DNA from: an uncultured Rhodospirillales bacterium
GTDB taxonomy: Bacteria; Pseudomonadota; Alphaproteobacteria; Azospirillales; Azospirillaceae
Direction of reading: 5' to 3'
DNA: 64,000 nucleotides
Assembly (NCBI GenBank): GCA_903920145.1
Contig: CAIXKV010000069.1
Coordinates: forward strand, 5,509 to 69,508
The first letter of the stretch is position 1; each line of letters begins with the position of its first letter. The notes under the pieces were generated by a model. It was given only the letters and a program-made list of their open reading frames with translations. It did not search any database and was not told the origin of the DNA. Made by a program: the position numbers and the translations under genes. Positions 8,701 through 17,823 of this stretch are shown piece by piece.

Positions 8701-9708
8701 TTAAGGAGGGGGCGCGGCTCTGGCTGCCATGGCTCGGTGAAGATCATCCAAAGCGCGTCGAGCTTGAGGTAACCCTTGAGCGGCGGCTTTTTCTAATAAT
8801 TCAGCAGCTTGTTTTTGGTCTCGGTTTGCACCAACCCCATTAAAAATTAAAACAGCTAAATAAAATTGGGCCGGAGCAAAACCATTGTTGGCAGACTTTG
8901 TTAACCATTGCACGGCTTGTTGATAATCTTGAGGGACTCCTTTTCCACTCCGATAGAGTTCGGCAAGATTAAAGGCGCCTTGAGGACTTCCAGAGGCGGC
9001 TGCCATACGAAAAGCCTCAGCAGCCGCCGCATAATCCAAGATTCCACCTTGACCTAGCGCTATTCGGAGCCCTTGATCTAATGGCTTCTCATGTTCAGCG
9101 ACCGGCATAGAAACTGGCGGTACTGGTAGCGCTGAAGGTAACATTGAAGTTGAAGCTGGTGTGACCTTAGTTGATGCCGAATCCCGTGGCAGAACGGGGG
9201 TGGGGAGAGGTGCCGGGGTTGGTTTAACTGCAACAGAGGTGGTGAAGGGAGATGTGCCTAAAGTTGTAGTGATCTCTGGGGCTAGATCGATAATGATTCT
9301 GTACAACCGAGTGCCCCCTTGGGGAGCTAATGTTCCGGTTCCTAAAATCCGAATTGCCTGATTGGCCTGAATAATAATTTGCCCTGTCGCGGCTTCAAAC
9401 CGATAACCAATCAATGGTCCGAAACCACGCAAGAGTAAATTAGCAGGAGGGTGCCAATCAACACCGACAATATCGATGTTTACTTCTCGGCGATTGGTGG
9501 CAAGATGCGGTGTAACTGGCACCAATGCGGTAAGGTCAAGAACAACTCTAATCTTATTTGTTCCGCTATGATCTGGATCTTTACCAAATCGAATGGCTTC
9601 AACCACAGCTTCGCTGGCTAGTGCCGGCACAATAAAACTGCTGCAAAAAAAAATTGCAGCTAGTGCCATAACTTGGTGTAAGAAATAGTCTTTCCTCTTA
9701 GGAAACAT
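8701..9708 (-). CDS. secreted AMIN-like domain + Pro-rich linker + Sel1 (TPR-like) repeat protein
   Basis: Signal peptide, then an AMIN-like pattern (IRVVLDLTALVP...REVNIDIVGVDW), then a P/T/S-rich linker. C-terminal Sel1 repeats (AFNLAELYRSGKGVPQDYQQAVQWLTKSANNGFAPAQFYLAVLIFNGVGANRDQKQAAELLEKAAAQG). The start may instead be the internal M at 9669. Confidence 0.65.
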   Translation of the reverse strand: MFPKRKDYFLHQVMALAAIFFCSSFIVPALASEAVVEAIRFGKDPDHSGTNKIRVVLDLTALVPVTPHLATNRREVNIDIVGVDWHPPANLLLRGFGPLIGYRFEAATGQIIIQANQAIRILGTGTLAPQGGTRLYRIIIDLAPEITTTLGTSPFTTSVAVKPTPAPLPTPVLPRDSASTKVTPASTSMLPSALPVPPVSMPVAEHEKPLDQGLRIALGQGGILDYAAAAEAFRMAAASGSPQGAFNLAELYRSGKGVPQDYQQAVQWLTKSANNGFAPAQFYLAVLIFNGVGANRDQKQAAELLEKAAAQGLPQARRALDDLHRAMAARAAPPP

Positions 9709-10669
9709 GCGACATTAAGACCTGTACTGTTGTTCGTTCAGGAACAGCTGGCGGCGATGGATAAAGAATAACACCAGTATCATTAACATCAACTTTAGCT
9801 TCTGGATAAACAAGCAAGACATTTTTTAATACTTGAACAAAAGACTCTCGAAATTTGCGTAATCTTGAGAATTGAGGGCCAAATTGGTTTTGAACATCTG
9901 GCCATGGAATGGTTTTTGGTTTTTGCAATGCTCGTAAGCGATAAGCTAACCATACATAAGTATCGATTGCCATTGACTGGTTGCTTATCTGTCGAATGGC
10001 TGGTTCCCAGATGGGAACGGGATGTTTGCGTAAAGCATCAAAGAAAGTTTGACTGATGACGACAGTATCTTCCCACAAGGATGGTTGGCGTGGATCGGTA
10101 TCAGTATGAAAAACGATGCCACCTTCAACAATACTATCCTTTTTAAATCCAGAATAGCGTTTTCCACCTTCAGTTTCGCCTTCCCATGAAAACCGTAGGC
10201 TGCATGCGGAAATGCGGGCTGCTTGTTCCTTGACCTCTCGGTAGGAGCGACCGCCGATGGCAATTCCCATACGCTGTAACCAATCATACATGCTGCTGCC
10301 AAGTTCGACTTCTCGGCAGTTTTTACGCAAAGCTTGGGTTTGTAAATAGAGTAAGATGAGTCTGGCTCGGGATCCGTAGGGTACACCATAAAGAACATCG
10401 CGGCCGTCGATGTAAAGACTTCCGGGATCAACGGTTAAAGACATCGGACCAACAGCCCGATGCCACTTGCCGTTTGGGGTATCAAGGGCCCGGTGGGGTA
10501 GAGAAATCATGCAAAAGCCGCTATAGGTGACACCGATTCCACCTTTTTCATCACTGAGAAAATTGTGAACTTTGTCAATCAAACGACGATCTTCGGGATC
10601 GGTAACAAGTCGCTTGGCTTGATCACGGCCAACCCGCGCAACCAGATCATGTAGTTCGCCCATGGCCAT
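9698..10669 (-). CDS. repA: plasmid-type replication initiator (alphaproteobacterial RepA / 'replication initiator protein A'-like)
   Basis: GFCMISLPHR, SRARLILLYLQTQALR and WLAYRLRAL are patterns I recall from the RPA/RepA family of alphaproteobacterial plasmids and islands. Flanked by iteron-like repeats. The ORF-track start at 10678 is TTG; the first ATG is at 10669. Confidence 0.7.
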   Translation of the reverse strand: MAMGELHDLVARVGRDQAKRLVTDPEDRRLIDKVHNFLSDEKGGIGVTYSGFCMISLPHRALDTPNGKWHRAVGPMSLTVDPGSLYIDGRDVLYGVPYGSRARLILLYLQTQALRKNCREVELGSSMYDWLQRMGIAIGGRSYREVKEQAARISACSLRFSWEGETEGGKRYSGFKKDSIVEGGIVFHTDTDPRQPSLWEDTVVISQTFFDALRKHPVPIWEPAIRQISNQSMAIDTYVWLAYRLRALQKPKTIPWPDVQNQFGPQFSRLRKFRESFVQVLKNVLLVYPEAKVDVNDTGVILYPSPPAVPERTTVQVLMSHVS

Positions 10670-10734
10670 CTCCACCAAGCTTTGGCAAGTGTCGGACGAT
10701 CACAGCAGATCTTACTGACAAAATCGAGTTGGAG

Positions 10735-11042
10735 TTTAGGGGCGCTATCGAGGGAGATCGTCTTGTGAAACCAAGGGGCTGTCGGCTTGATTTGGGGTTT
10801 AGGGGCGCAAAACAAATCCGATGTCGGCAAAGCCATAATAGGAAACACTGCGGGCTCTTGGTTGCGACTGCGGTGCCATCTGCCCGGTGTCTAACGGTGG
10901 CTTTAATGTGTCAATATGAAAGCCCAATGGCATGAGTGGGGTATAGGTTTAGGACTAAGGGGCAATGGGGTGTTTTATCCGTTATGGTTGGTTATCATTT
11001 GATAAAAAAAGAGTTACGGTTGTTTTTTTGGGATTTAGGGGC
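10735..11042. repeat. three dispersed TTTAGGGGC half-iterons upstream of repA
   Basis: Exact TTTAGGGGC at 10735-10743, 10798-10806 and 11034-11042, plus degenerate TTTAGGAC/TAAGGGGC near 10948-10972. This is the reverse complement of the core of the 11518-11681 repeats. Confidence 0.55.
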
Positions 11043-11483
11043 GTTCGAGAGCAGTAAAAAACTTACTAAAAGTTTACAGCGGATTATGTTTATCATCAAA
11101 TTAGATAAATGTTCGTCTTTATTTTTGTCATTTTTAATGGCATTATTTAAGAGTAAGCCATGGATGGGAGTAATAAATGCCGTATTTATAGGATTAAAGA
11201 TAACTTCAATAGAGACATTACAATTATATCAATCAATGGCCGATGAAATTTTTTCTGGATAAGCCATTCTTTACTGCAAACCAAGCCTAAGGAGGTGCGT
11301 TTCAAGCGACGGAGGCCGGCTTGCAACGAAAGCAAGCCCTGAGTCAAGCCGAATCAATCAAAGCCGATGTTTCAAGCTTGGTGCCGATTTCATTCCGAGG
11401 CGATCTCACTCGTTTCGGAGCAATTTCAGCAGCTCCAACCGGACAAGGAGGGTTCTAGCCGGTTGTCGGTTTGGCGTCAATGG

Positions 11484-11517
11484 TTATTTGTTTATTTGTT
11501 ACTTATTATTTGTTTGT
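11484..11517. other. AT-rich tract with reiterated TTATTTGTT units (candidate DNA-unwinding element)
   Basis: Sequence TTATTTGTTTATTTGTTACTTATTATTTGTTTGT immediately abuts the iteron array. Confidence 0.4.
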
Positions 11518-11681
11518 GCCCCTAAACCCCAGGGGATAACTCGAGTCGCGCCCCTAAAGGCCAGGTTTGCGCCCCTAATGTCCAAGTTTTTGCGCCCCTA
11601 AACCCCAGGGGATAACTCCAAAGCGCCCCCAGACCCCAGGGGATAACTCCGAAAACGCCCCTAAACCCCAGGGGATAACTT
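11518..11681. repeat. iteron-like direct repeat array (4 full 25-nt copies + 2 degenerate)
   Basis: GCCCCTAAACCCCAGGGGATAACTC occurs at 11518-11542 and 11594-11618. Near-identical copies lie at 11625-11649 (GCCCCCAGACC...) and 11657-11681. Degenerate GCCCCTAAAGGCCAGG is at 11550-11565 and GCCCCTAATGTCCAAG at 11571-11586. Each unit contains the reverse complement TTATCCCC, which is partly DnaA-box-like. Confidence 0.65.
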
Positions 11682-11691
11682 TTCAAAATCG

Positions 11692-11714
11692 CCGACTCGG
11701 TGATTCCGAGTCGG
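11692..11714. other. perfect 9-bp stem hairpin next to the iteron array
   Basis: CCGACTCGG - tgatt - CCGAGTCGG. There is no convincing T-run on the plus strand, so its function is unknown. Confidence 0.3.
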
Positions 11715-11882
11715 TGGCGTGGGGTGATGGCATTTGGCCAAAGAGTTTGTTTAAGACCAACGGCCCTAGACAATGATCCGTGCCGTTGGTATCGGCGGCG
11801 ACCGCCGCCGCGCGCCCATGTGCGCGAAGCCAAGGGCGCATCCGCTCCCTTGACCTGAGGGCCATTGTCGGCCCGGAAGCTG

Positions 11883-12272
11883 TCATGCACCCCTTTCTTC
11901 TTGAACGACGGAAATTAGCCCCGTCCCTCGAAGAAATTCCTGAACGCCGCTCCTAGGTTCTTGATGGCGTTCAACGGCTTGTGCAGGGCCATCTCGTTGA
12001 GCTTTCCATCGCCCTGGACTTGACCTCGCCACTGCCCCAATGCCCAATTCCATGCGAACCGCGCCGTTCCCGCAGACTTGGCAAAATGCGTTACCTGCCG
12101 GGTCGGCACCTCGGAACATCTCCGGACGCAACCGCGCCAGATCGTACCGCCGCTGGCCGCCCGATGTCCGTGCATCCGGCTTCAGGCGCCCCTCAGTTTC
12201 CCAGCGGCGCAACGTCTGCACCGAGACCCCAAGGGCGGCTGCCGCCTCATTTATCGTTACGAATCTGCTCAT
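11883..12272 (-). pseudogene. decayed IS607/IS605-family remnant (TnpA MerR-like HTH fragment joined out of frame to a TnpB N-terminal fragment)
   Basis: Frame 1 reads MSRFVTINEAAAALGVSVQTLRRWETEGRLKPDARTSGGQRRYDL, a typical IS607 serine-recombinase N-terminal HTH, with no catalytic domain after it. The overlapping frame (11915..12175) reads ARFAWNWALGQW...NAIKNLGAAFRNFF, which is TnpB/OrfB N-terminal-like, and then stops. Confidence 0.6.
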
Positions 12273-12316
12273 TTTAATGATGCATGAGCATATTTAGGCA
12301 GTGTCAAGACACTCTG

Positions 12317-12850
12317 CTAAAAACCCCCGTATTTGCGGATAATCGGCATGATCTCCTGTTCGAGATCATCTGGTGTCAAGGGACCGATATGCTTGTATCG
12401 GATGCGTCCCTGGCCATCGATAACGAAGGTTTCAGGGACACCATAGACGCCGAAATCAAGGGCGACCCGGCCCTCCCGATCAACCCCGATACTGGTAAAC
12501 GGGTTGCCATACTGGCCAAGCCAAGCCACAGCGTCTTCTGGTCGGTCTTTATAATTTAAACCCCGCACGGGCACGCCGATTTCGGCCAGATGACGCAGCA
12601 CCGGCTGTTCAGCCCGGCATGGCGCACACCACGAGGCAAACACAGTAAGCAGTTGGGGTTGACCCGTGGCCAGGGCTGCGCTGTCCAGGCCGACGCTTGA
12701 ACCGGGCAAGGACGGCAGGGCAAAAGATGGCACCGGCTTATCGATCAGGGCCGACGGCACCAAATGCGGGTCTCGGGTTAAGCCGGCGGCGAAATAAGCC
12801 ACCAGCGCCGCAAAAACCAGAGCCGGGAGCGCATAAAGCCATCTGGACAT
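12317..12850 (-). CDS. ccmG: periplasmic thiol:disulfide oxidoreductase CcmG/DsbE
   Basis: N-terminal anchor, WCAPC active site, and the GVYGVPETFVID motif. Lies downstream of ccmF. Confidence 0.9.
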   Translation of the reverse strand: MSRWLYALPALVFAALVAYFAAGLTRDPHLVPSALIDKPVPSFALPSLPGSSVGLDSAALATGQPQLLTVFASWCAPCRAEQPVLRHLAEIGVPVRGLNYKDRPEDAVAWLGQYGNPFTSIGVDREGRVALDFGVYGVPETFVIDGQGRIRYKHIGPLTPDDLEQEIMPIIRKYGGF

Positions 12851-12860
12851 CAGAAACCCC

Positions 12861-14870
12861 TCACCGGCTGTCGTCAGAAGAGGCCAAGGCGGGCACGAGC
12901 GGGACCGTTGGCCTACGCCGTCGCTTGCTGGGGGCTCCGATCCGCAACCGCCGATCCCCCAGACTCACCAGTCCCCCAAACACCATGACACCACAGCCCA
13001 GCCACAGCCAGGGCACCAACGGATGATGGTAAAGCCGGAGGGTCCAGCCTCCCGTTCCATCCTCATCCCCCAGCGCCAGATAAAGATCGGCGGTGCCGGT
13101 GGTACGGATGGCGGCATGGCTCAAGGGCATGCCGGTTACGGTGTAATGCCGCCGTTCCGGAGCCAGCAGACCAACCTTCCGACCATCCTGCGTCACAACA
13201 AAGGTGGCGCGTTGGGCGTCATAATTGGGACCAACAACCGGCTCGACCCCCTGAAAGCTCAGGTGATAGTCGGCGATTTCGACGGTATCGCCGGGATGGA
13301 TCACCTGAATGCGCTCCGAAACCCAAAAGGACGAGCCGGTCATCCCGGCGATGGCGAGTCCCAGGCCGGCATGGGCCAGTGTCATCCCCCAAGCCGCCGC
13401 CGGCAGCCCCGCCGCTCGCCGTAGACTGACCCTCAGCGGGGCTCGGAACAAAGCGATACGCTCGGCCCATTCGAGCCAAGCCCCAAAAAAGGCCCAAGCT
13501 GCCAGTGCCACTCCAACCAGCGCCATCACCGGCCCGCCGCCAGACTGCCAGCAGGCCACCAGGACCGCCAAGGTTGCGAGGGCCCCCACCACTGCCAATC
13601 GCCCCAGCACTCCGGCCCAATCGGCCCGCTTCCAGCTCAAGAACGGCCCAACCACCATGGCCGTGACCAGCGGGATCATCAAGGGAACGAAGGTGGCATT
13701 GAAAAACGGTGCTCCTACCGAGACTTTCCCAGCGCCAAGCACATCCAAAAACAGCGGGTAAAGTGTCCCCATCAGCACAGTCGCAGTGGCGGTGGCCAGC
13801 AGCAGATTGTTCAGAACCAGCGCCCCCTCCCGACTGATCGGAGCGAACAGACCCCCGGCTTTAAGGGCTGGGGCCCGCAAGCCATAGAGCAACAACGAAC
13901 CGCCGATGGTCACGGTCAATAGCCCTAGGATAAAGACTCCTCGGGCCGGGTCCACGGCAAAGGCGTGAACCGAACTCAAAACCCCCGAGCGCACCAGAAA
14001 AGTTCCGATCAATGACAAACTAAAGGTCAGGATCGCCAACAACAGGGTCCAGCTTTTGAGGGCGTCGCGCTTTTCGACCACGATCGCCGAGTGCAACAGA
14101 GCGGTGCCCGCCAACCAGGGCATCAAAGAGGCATTTTCCACCGGATCCCAGAACCACCAGCCGCCCCATCCCAGAGTATAGTAAGCCCACCAGGATCCCA
14201 ACGCGACGCCTAAGGTCAGGCAAGTCCAGGCGGCCAACGTCCAGGGACGAACCCAACGTGCCCAGGCCGGGTCCACCCGGCCCTCGATCAGGGCTGCGAT
14301 GGCGAACGAAAAAGCCATCGAAAAGCCGACATACCCAAGATACAGGAACGGCGGGTGCAGCGCCAAACCAGGATCCTGGAGGAGAGGGTTGAGGTCATCA
14401 CCATCAAGGGGCGGCGGATCCACCCGCGCGAACGGGTCCGAAGTGGCCAGAATGAACAGCAGAAATCCGACCCCGATCATCGCCTGAACGGCCAGCACGC
14501 GGGCCTTGAGTGGCAAGGGCAGTGATCGGCCAAACACCGCCACCGCCGCACCGAAACCGGCCAGGATCGTCACCCACAGCACCATGGAGCCTTCATGATT
14601 GCCCCACACACCAGCGATCTTGTACAGCAGCGGCTTGGTTGAGTGGCTGTTCTGGACCACATTCAAGACGCTGAAGTCCGAGACAATGGCCGCCTGAATC
14701 AACGTGGCAAAGGCAAACCCAATCAGCCCGAACTGAGCCAGCGCCGCCGGCCCGGCAACCGCCATCCAGGCGGACTCCCCGCGTTGGGCGCCGGCCAGCG
14801 GCAAGCCAGCCTGGACCAGCGCCACCACCAGCGCCAAGACAAGGGCATAATGGCCAAGTTCTGGAAACAC
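12861..14870 (-). CDS. ccmF: cytochrome c-type biogenesis heme lyase CcmF
   Basis: 669-aa polytopic protein with the WGGWWFWDPVEN tryptophan-rich motif, in ccmE/ccmG context. Confidence 0.95.
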   Translation of the reverse strand: MFPELGHYALVLALVVALVQAGLPLAGAQRGESAWMAVAGPAALAQFGLIGFAFATLIQAAIVSDFSVLNVVQNSHSTKPLLYKIAGVWGNHEGSMVLWVTILAGFGAAVAVFGRSLPLPLKARVLAVQAMIGVGFLLFILATSDPFARVDPPPLDGDDLNPLLQDPGLALHPPFLYLGYVGFSMAFSFAIAALIEGRVDPAWARWVRPWTLAAWTCLTLGVALGSWWAYYTLGWGGWWFWDPVENASLMPWLAGTALLHSAIVVEKRDALKSWTLLLAILTFSLSLIGTFLVRSGVLSSVHAFAVDPARGVFILGLLTVTIGGSLLLYGLRAPALKAGGLFAPISREGALVLNNLLLATATATVLMGTLYPLFLDVLGAGKVSVGAPFFNATFVPLMIPLVTAMVVGPFLSWKRADWAGVLGRLAVVGALATLAVLVACWQSGGGPVMALVGVALAAWAFFGAWLEWAERIALFRAPLRVSLRRAAGLPAAAWGMTLAHAGLGLAIAGMTGSSFWVSERIQVIHPGDTVEIADYHLSFQGVEPVVGPNYDAQRATFVVTQDGRKVGLLAPERRHYTVTGMPLSHAAIRTTGTADLYLALGDEDGTGGWTLRLYHHPLVPWLWLGCGVMVFGGLVSLGDRRLRIGAPSKRRRRPTVPLVPALASSDDSR

Positions 14871-14938
14871 ACAGCCTCCCTTTCGCGTCCGGTGCTTCCG
14901 TTGGAAGAACGGCGGAACAGACCAGACTCAATCCGCCC

Positions 14939-15388
14939 CTACTGAACCAAGGTCGATGTCACGTGCTGTCCTGCCCGCTTCAGCGCATCGGCAACGGTCG
15001 GCGGCATATATTTCTCGTCGTGTTTGGCGAGCACCTCATGGGCCTCAAACAGGCCATCGGGTCGCAACTGCCCTTCGGCCACAACCCCCTGACCCTCACG
15101 AAACAGATCGGGCAGAAGGCCGGTGTAGCTCACTGTCACCTTGGTCTTCAAATCAGTGATTGTGAAGCGCACGGTGGTGCCGTCGGGTTGACGCTGGACG
15201 CTGCCAGCCTCGACCAAACCACCAACCCGAATCCCGCGAATACCGGGCGGATGCTCTTGAAGGTCCGAGGGGCTGTAGAAGAACACCAGATGATCCTGAA
15301 ACGCGGTCAGGACCAAAGCCGTAGCGGTGCCAAAGCTCAACAGAACCAGAGCCAACACGATTAGGCGGCGCTTTTTCTTAGGAGTCAT
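14939..15388 (-). CDS. ccmE: heme chaperone CcmE
   Basis: N-terminal anchor, an OB-fold-like body, and the heme-binding LAKHDEKYMPP motif. Confidence 0.9.
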   Translation of the reverse strand: MTPKKKRRLIVLALVLLSFGTATALVLTAFQDHLVFFYSPSDLQEHPPGIRGIRVGGLVEAGSVQRQPDGTTVRFTITDLKTKVTVSYTGLLPDLFREGQGVVAEGQLRPDGLFEAHEVLAKHDEKYMPPTVADALKRAGQHVTSTLVQ

Positions 15389-15424
15389 GCCGGCAAATCC
15401 AAAAGAGGCTCTGAAGCAACAGCA

Positions 15425-15622
15425 TCATGACGGCGTATCGTCACGCGTGCGCCGAGACAAAGGCCGGGACGGTTGCACGGCCTCTAAGGCGGCCAACAGC
15501 CTTTGACGATGGCGCAGGGATTGAAGACTGGCTACCATCATACCGACCAACGCCAGCACCGTAACGGCATAGGCTGGCCAGACATAGGCAGCATAACCGC
15601 CCATCGCAAGAAAATTGGTCAT
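15425..15622 (-). CDS. ccmD: heme exporter protein CcmD
   Basis: MTNFLAMGGYAAYVWPAYAVTVLALVGMMV... is a typical small single-TM CcmD. I prefer this internal start over the ORF-track start at 15652. Confidence 0.7.
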   Translation of the reverse strand: MTNFLAMGGYAAYVWPAYAVTVLALVGMMVASLQSLRHRQRLLAALEAVQPSRPLSRRTRDDTPS

Positions 15623-15812
15623 GACACCACCCACAAGGGAGAGGACACCCAAAAATCGAGCGTTTCCGGGCTGTCCTTATGATAGGAGGGTGTCCTGGGA
15701 TTCGTCCAGCGCCCTTTTTCGCCATCATCCCGGTTCATGAACTTTGGAACTGGGTATTGGATCGCCCTCGGACCATTGGGTCTTGGTGTTGGCCCATCAA
15801 GGCCGGCTGGAC

Positions 15813-17795
15813 TCAATGGGCATCCCGCCAAATGACCCGCTTGCAGAGATACATCAGGCCGGAAAACAACAGCAGGAATACAATCACACGAATCCCTAGA
15901 TGCTTGCGCTGATCTTGGGTCGGATCGGCGACAAAGGATAGGAACGTTGCGACATCCTCGGCTTCCTGCTCGACCGTCGCCTTGGTGCCGTCGGCATAAG
16001 TGACGCTATCATCCTGGAGCATCTGCGGCATGCTGATCTGATGTCCGGGAAAGTAACGGTTATAATAGCGCCCCTCAATCAGCTTGAAACCATCTGGCGG
16101 CGGGTTTTGATAGCCGGTCAGCACCGCTGTAAGATAGTCCTCGCCGCCATGACGCGCCTTGACGATCAGTGACAAGTCAGGCGGAAGACTCCCGCCCATT
16201 GTGGCTTGCGCTTCTTTTTCATTAGCAAAAGGACCGATCATCCGGTCATAGGGCCGGGGCGCCCGTTTCAGGATTTTTCCTTCGTCATTGGGCTCATCAT
16301 CGACCAAATAGGGCCATTGGGCGGCAATGGTCTTGACCTGATCTTCGGTAAAACCAATCCCTTGCAAGGTGCGGAACGGGACCAGCTTCAGGGCGTGGCA
16401 GCCAGAGCAGACCTCTTTGTAAACCTGGAAGCCGCGTTGGGCCTGTTGGGGATCGATGGTGCCAAACGGGCCGGACTGGTGCCAGACATGAGCCGGAAGT
16501 TCAGGATCGGCCCAAGCATGGCCGGCCAAACTCAACATTAAGCCTCCGGCGGCCAGCAACAGCACAGCCCCGCGCACCGCTTTTTTCAAGGATAAAGCCT
16601 CCGAAAGGCTGGCCGGTACGAGGCGCGCCCTTTCGAACAGGCCAATCAACGGCATGATTATCAGAAAATAAGTAAAATAATAGCCGGTTCCGATCCGCGC
16701 CAACAGCACCCAGACTCCTTCAGGGCTGCGGGCACCGCAAAAACTAAGAACGGTTATATCAATAATGAGCAACCAAAAGAAGAAGCGGGCCGTGGGCCGG
16801 AATGTCAGGCTTCGAACTTTGGCCGTATCAAGCCAGGGCACCACAAACAAAACCAAAACCGCCCCAAACATCGCCACAGTCCCGCCGAGCTTATCGGGAA
16901 TGGCTCGTAAAATCGCGTAGAGCCATAAATAATACCACTCGGGCACAATATGCGACGGCGTGACCAGGGGATTGGCGGGGATGAAATTATCTGGATGCCC
17001 CCAATAGGTTGGCGCAAAGAAGACAAAGACCGAAACCACAATCAGAAATAAACAGCAGGCCAAGAGGTCTTTAACAGTGATGTAAGGATGAAAAGAAACC
17101 GTATCCTGTGGCATTTGCGGCTCAAGGCCGGTCGGATTGTTGCAGCCGACGACATGTAGAGCATTGATATGGAGCCCTAGGACGGCCAGTAACAGGAAAG
17201 GCAAGAGGAAGTGCAAGGAATAAAAGCGATTCAGAGTCGGGTTATCCACCGAAAAACCACCCAATAACCACGTTACAATGGAATCTCCAATTCCTGGAAA
17301 GGCCGAAAAGAGATTGGTGATGACCGTTGCAGCCCAAAAGCTCATTTGCCCCCAAGGCAAAACATAGCCCAAAAAACCAGTGGCGATCATTAAGACGAAA
17401 ATAAGAACACCAATAATCCACAATAATTCTCGAGGATTTTTGTGTGACCCATAATAAATGCTTCTGGCCATATGAATATAAATAGCAGCAAAGAAAAATG
17501 AACTAAAATTAGCATGTAAATCACGCAACAACCATCCGTAATTAACGTCTCTCATAATATGATCAACAGATGCAAAAGCCATCGCGGTGTTAGCTATATA
17601 ATGCATAGATAATAGGATGCCGGTTACAAATAGTACAGCCAGCGATAATGTCGCGATGGCTCCAAACGCCCATAAATAATTAATATTTCTGGGAACTTGA
17701 AATTTTCCATATTCATTCTGTATGAATGTAAAAATAGGTAGTCTGGTATCAATCCATTGAATCAATGGGTTATTGAATTGGGATTTATGAAGCAT
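15813..17795 (-). CDS. fbcH: fused cytochrome b / cytochrome c1 of the bc1 complex
   Basis: The N-terminal part is an 8-TM cytochrome b (PEWYYLWLYAILR). An internal signal-like segment follows, then cytochrome c1 with CSGCHAL and a C-terminal anchor. The ORF-track start at 17810 is TTG; the ATG is at 17795. Confidence 0.9.
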   Translation of the reverse strand: MLHKSQFNNPLIQWIDTRLPIFTFIQNEYGKFQVPRNINYLWAFGAIATLSLAVLFVTGILLSMHYIANTAMAFASVDHIMRDVNYGWLLRDLHANFSSFFFAAIYIHMARSIYYGSHKNPRELLWIIGVLIFVLMIATGFLGYVLPWGQMSFWAATVITNLFSAFPGIGDSIVTWLLGGFSVDNPTLNRFYSLHFLLPFLLLAVLGLHINALHVVGCNNPTGLEPQMPQDTVSFHPYITVKDLLACCLFLIVVSVFVFFAPTYWGHPDNFIPANPLVTPSHIVPEWYYLWLYAILRAIPDKLGGTVAMFGAVLVLFVVPWLDTAKVRSLTFRPTARFFFWLLIIDITVLSFCGARSPEGVWVLLARIGTGYYFTYFLIIMPLIGLFERARLVPASLSEALSLKKAVRGAVLLLAAGGLMLSLAGHAWADPELPAHVWHQSGPFGTIDPQQAQRGFQVYKEVCSGCHALKLVPFRTLQGIGFTEDQVKTIAAQWPYLVDDEPNDEGKILKRAPRPYDRMIGPFANEKEAQATMGGSLPPDLSLIVKARHGGEDYLTAVLTGYQNPPPDGFKLIEGRYYNRYFPGHQISMPQMLQDDSVTYADGTKATVEQEAEDVATFLSFVADPTQDQRKHLGIRVIVFLLLFSGLMYLCKRVIWRDAH

Positions 17796-17823
17796 TGTGA
17801 TGGCTTCCAATCTGAGATAGTGA

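Noticed and set aside
10936-11262. 108-aa ORF in the very AT-rich stretch between repA and the iteron array
   Set aside because: It has a non-ATG start, a low-complexity Lys/Phe/Leu/Ile-rich translation and no RBS. It sits inside what looks like origin DNA. It is probably non-coding, though a small membrane protein cannot be excluded.
11270-11480. tRNA/tmRNA gene as integration target at the block A boundary, and likewise at 22523-22980 and 38594-38680
   Set aside because: No cloverleaf-compatible sequence (acceptor stem, GTTCRA T-loop) was seen, and no direct repeats were shared between the putative island flanks.
11518-11681. Possible CRISPR array (regularly spaced 25-nt repeats)
   Set aside because: The spacers are only 6-8 nt between the three right-hand full copies, and the 51-nt gap after copy 1 holds the degenerate copies. 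The copies are degenerate, no cas genes are present, and inverse half-sites occur next to a repA gene. An iteron interpretation fits better.
12317-15622. ccmDEFG arrangement without ccmABC or ccmH/I as an anomaly
   Set aside because: Ccm genes are commonly split into several loci in alphaproteobacteria. The missing genes are probably elsewhere, so this is not evidence of anything unusual.
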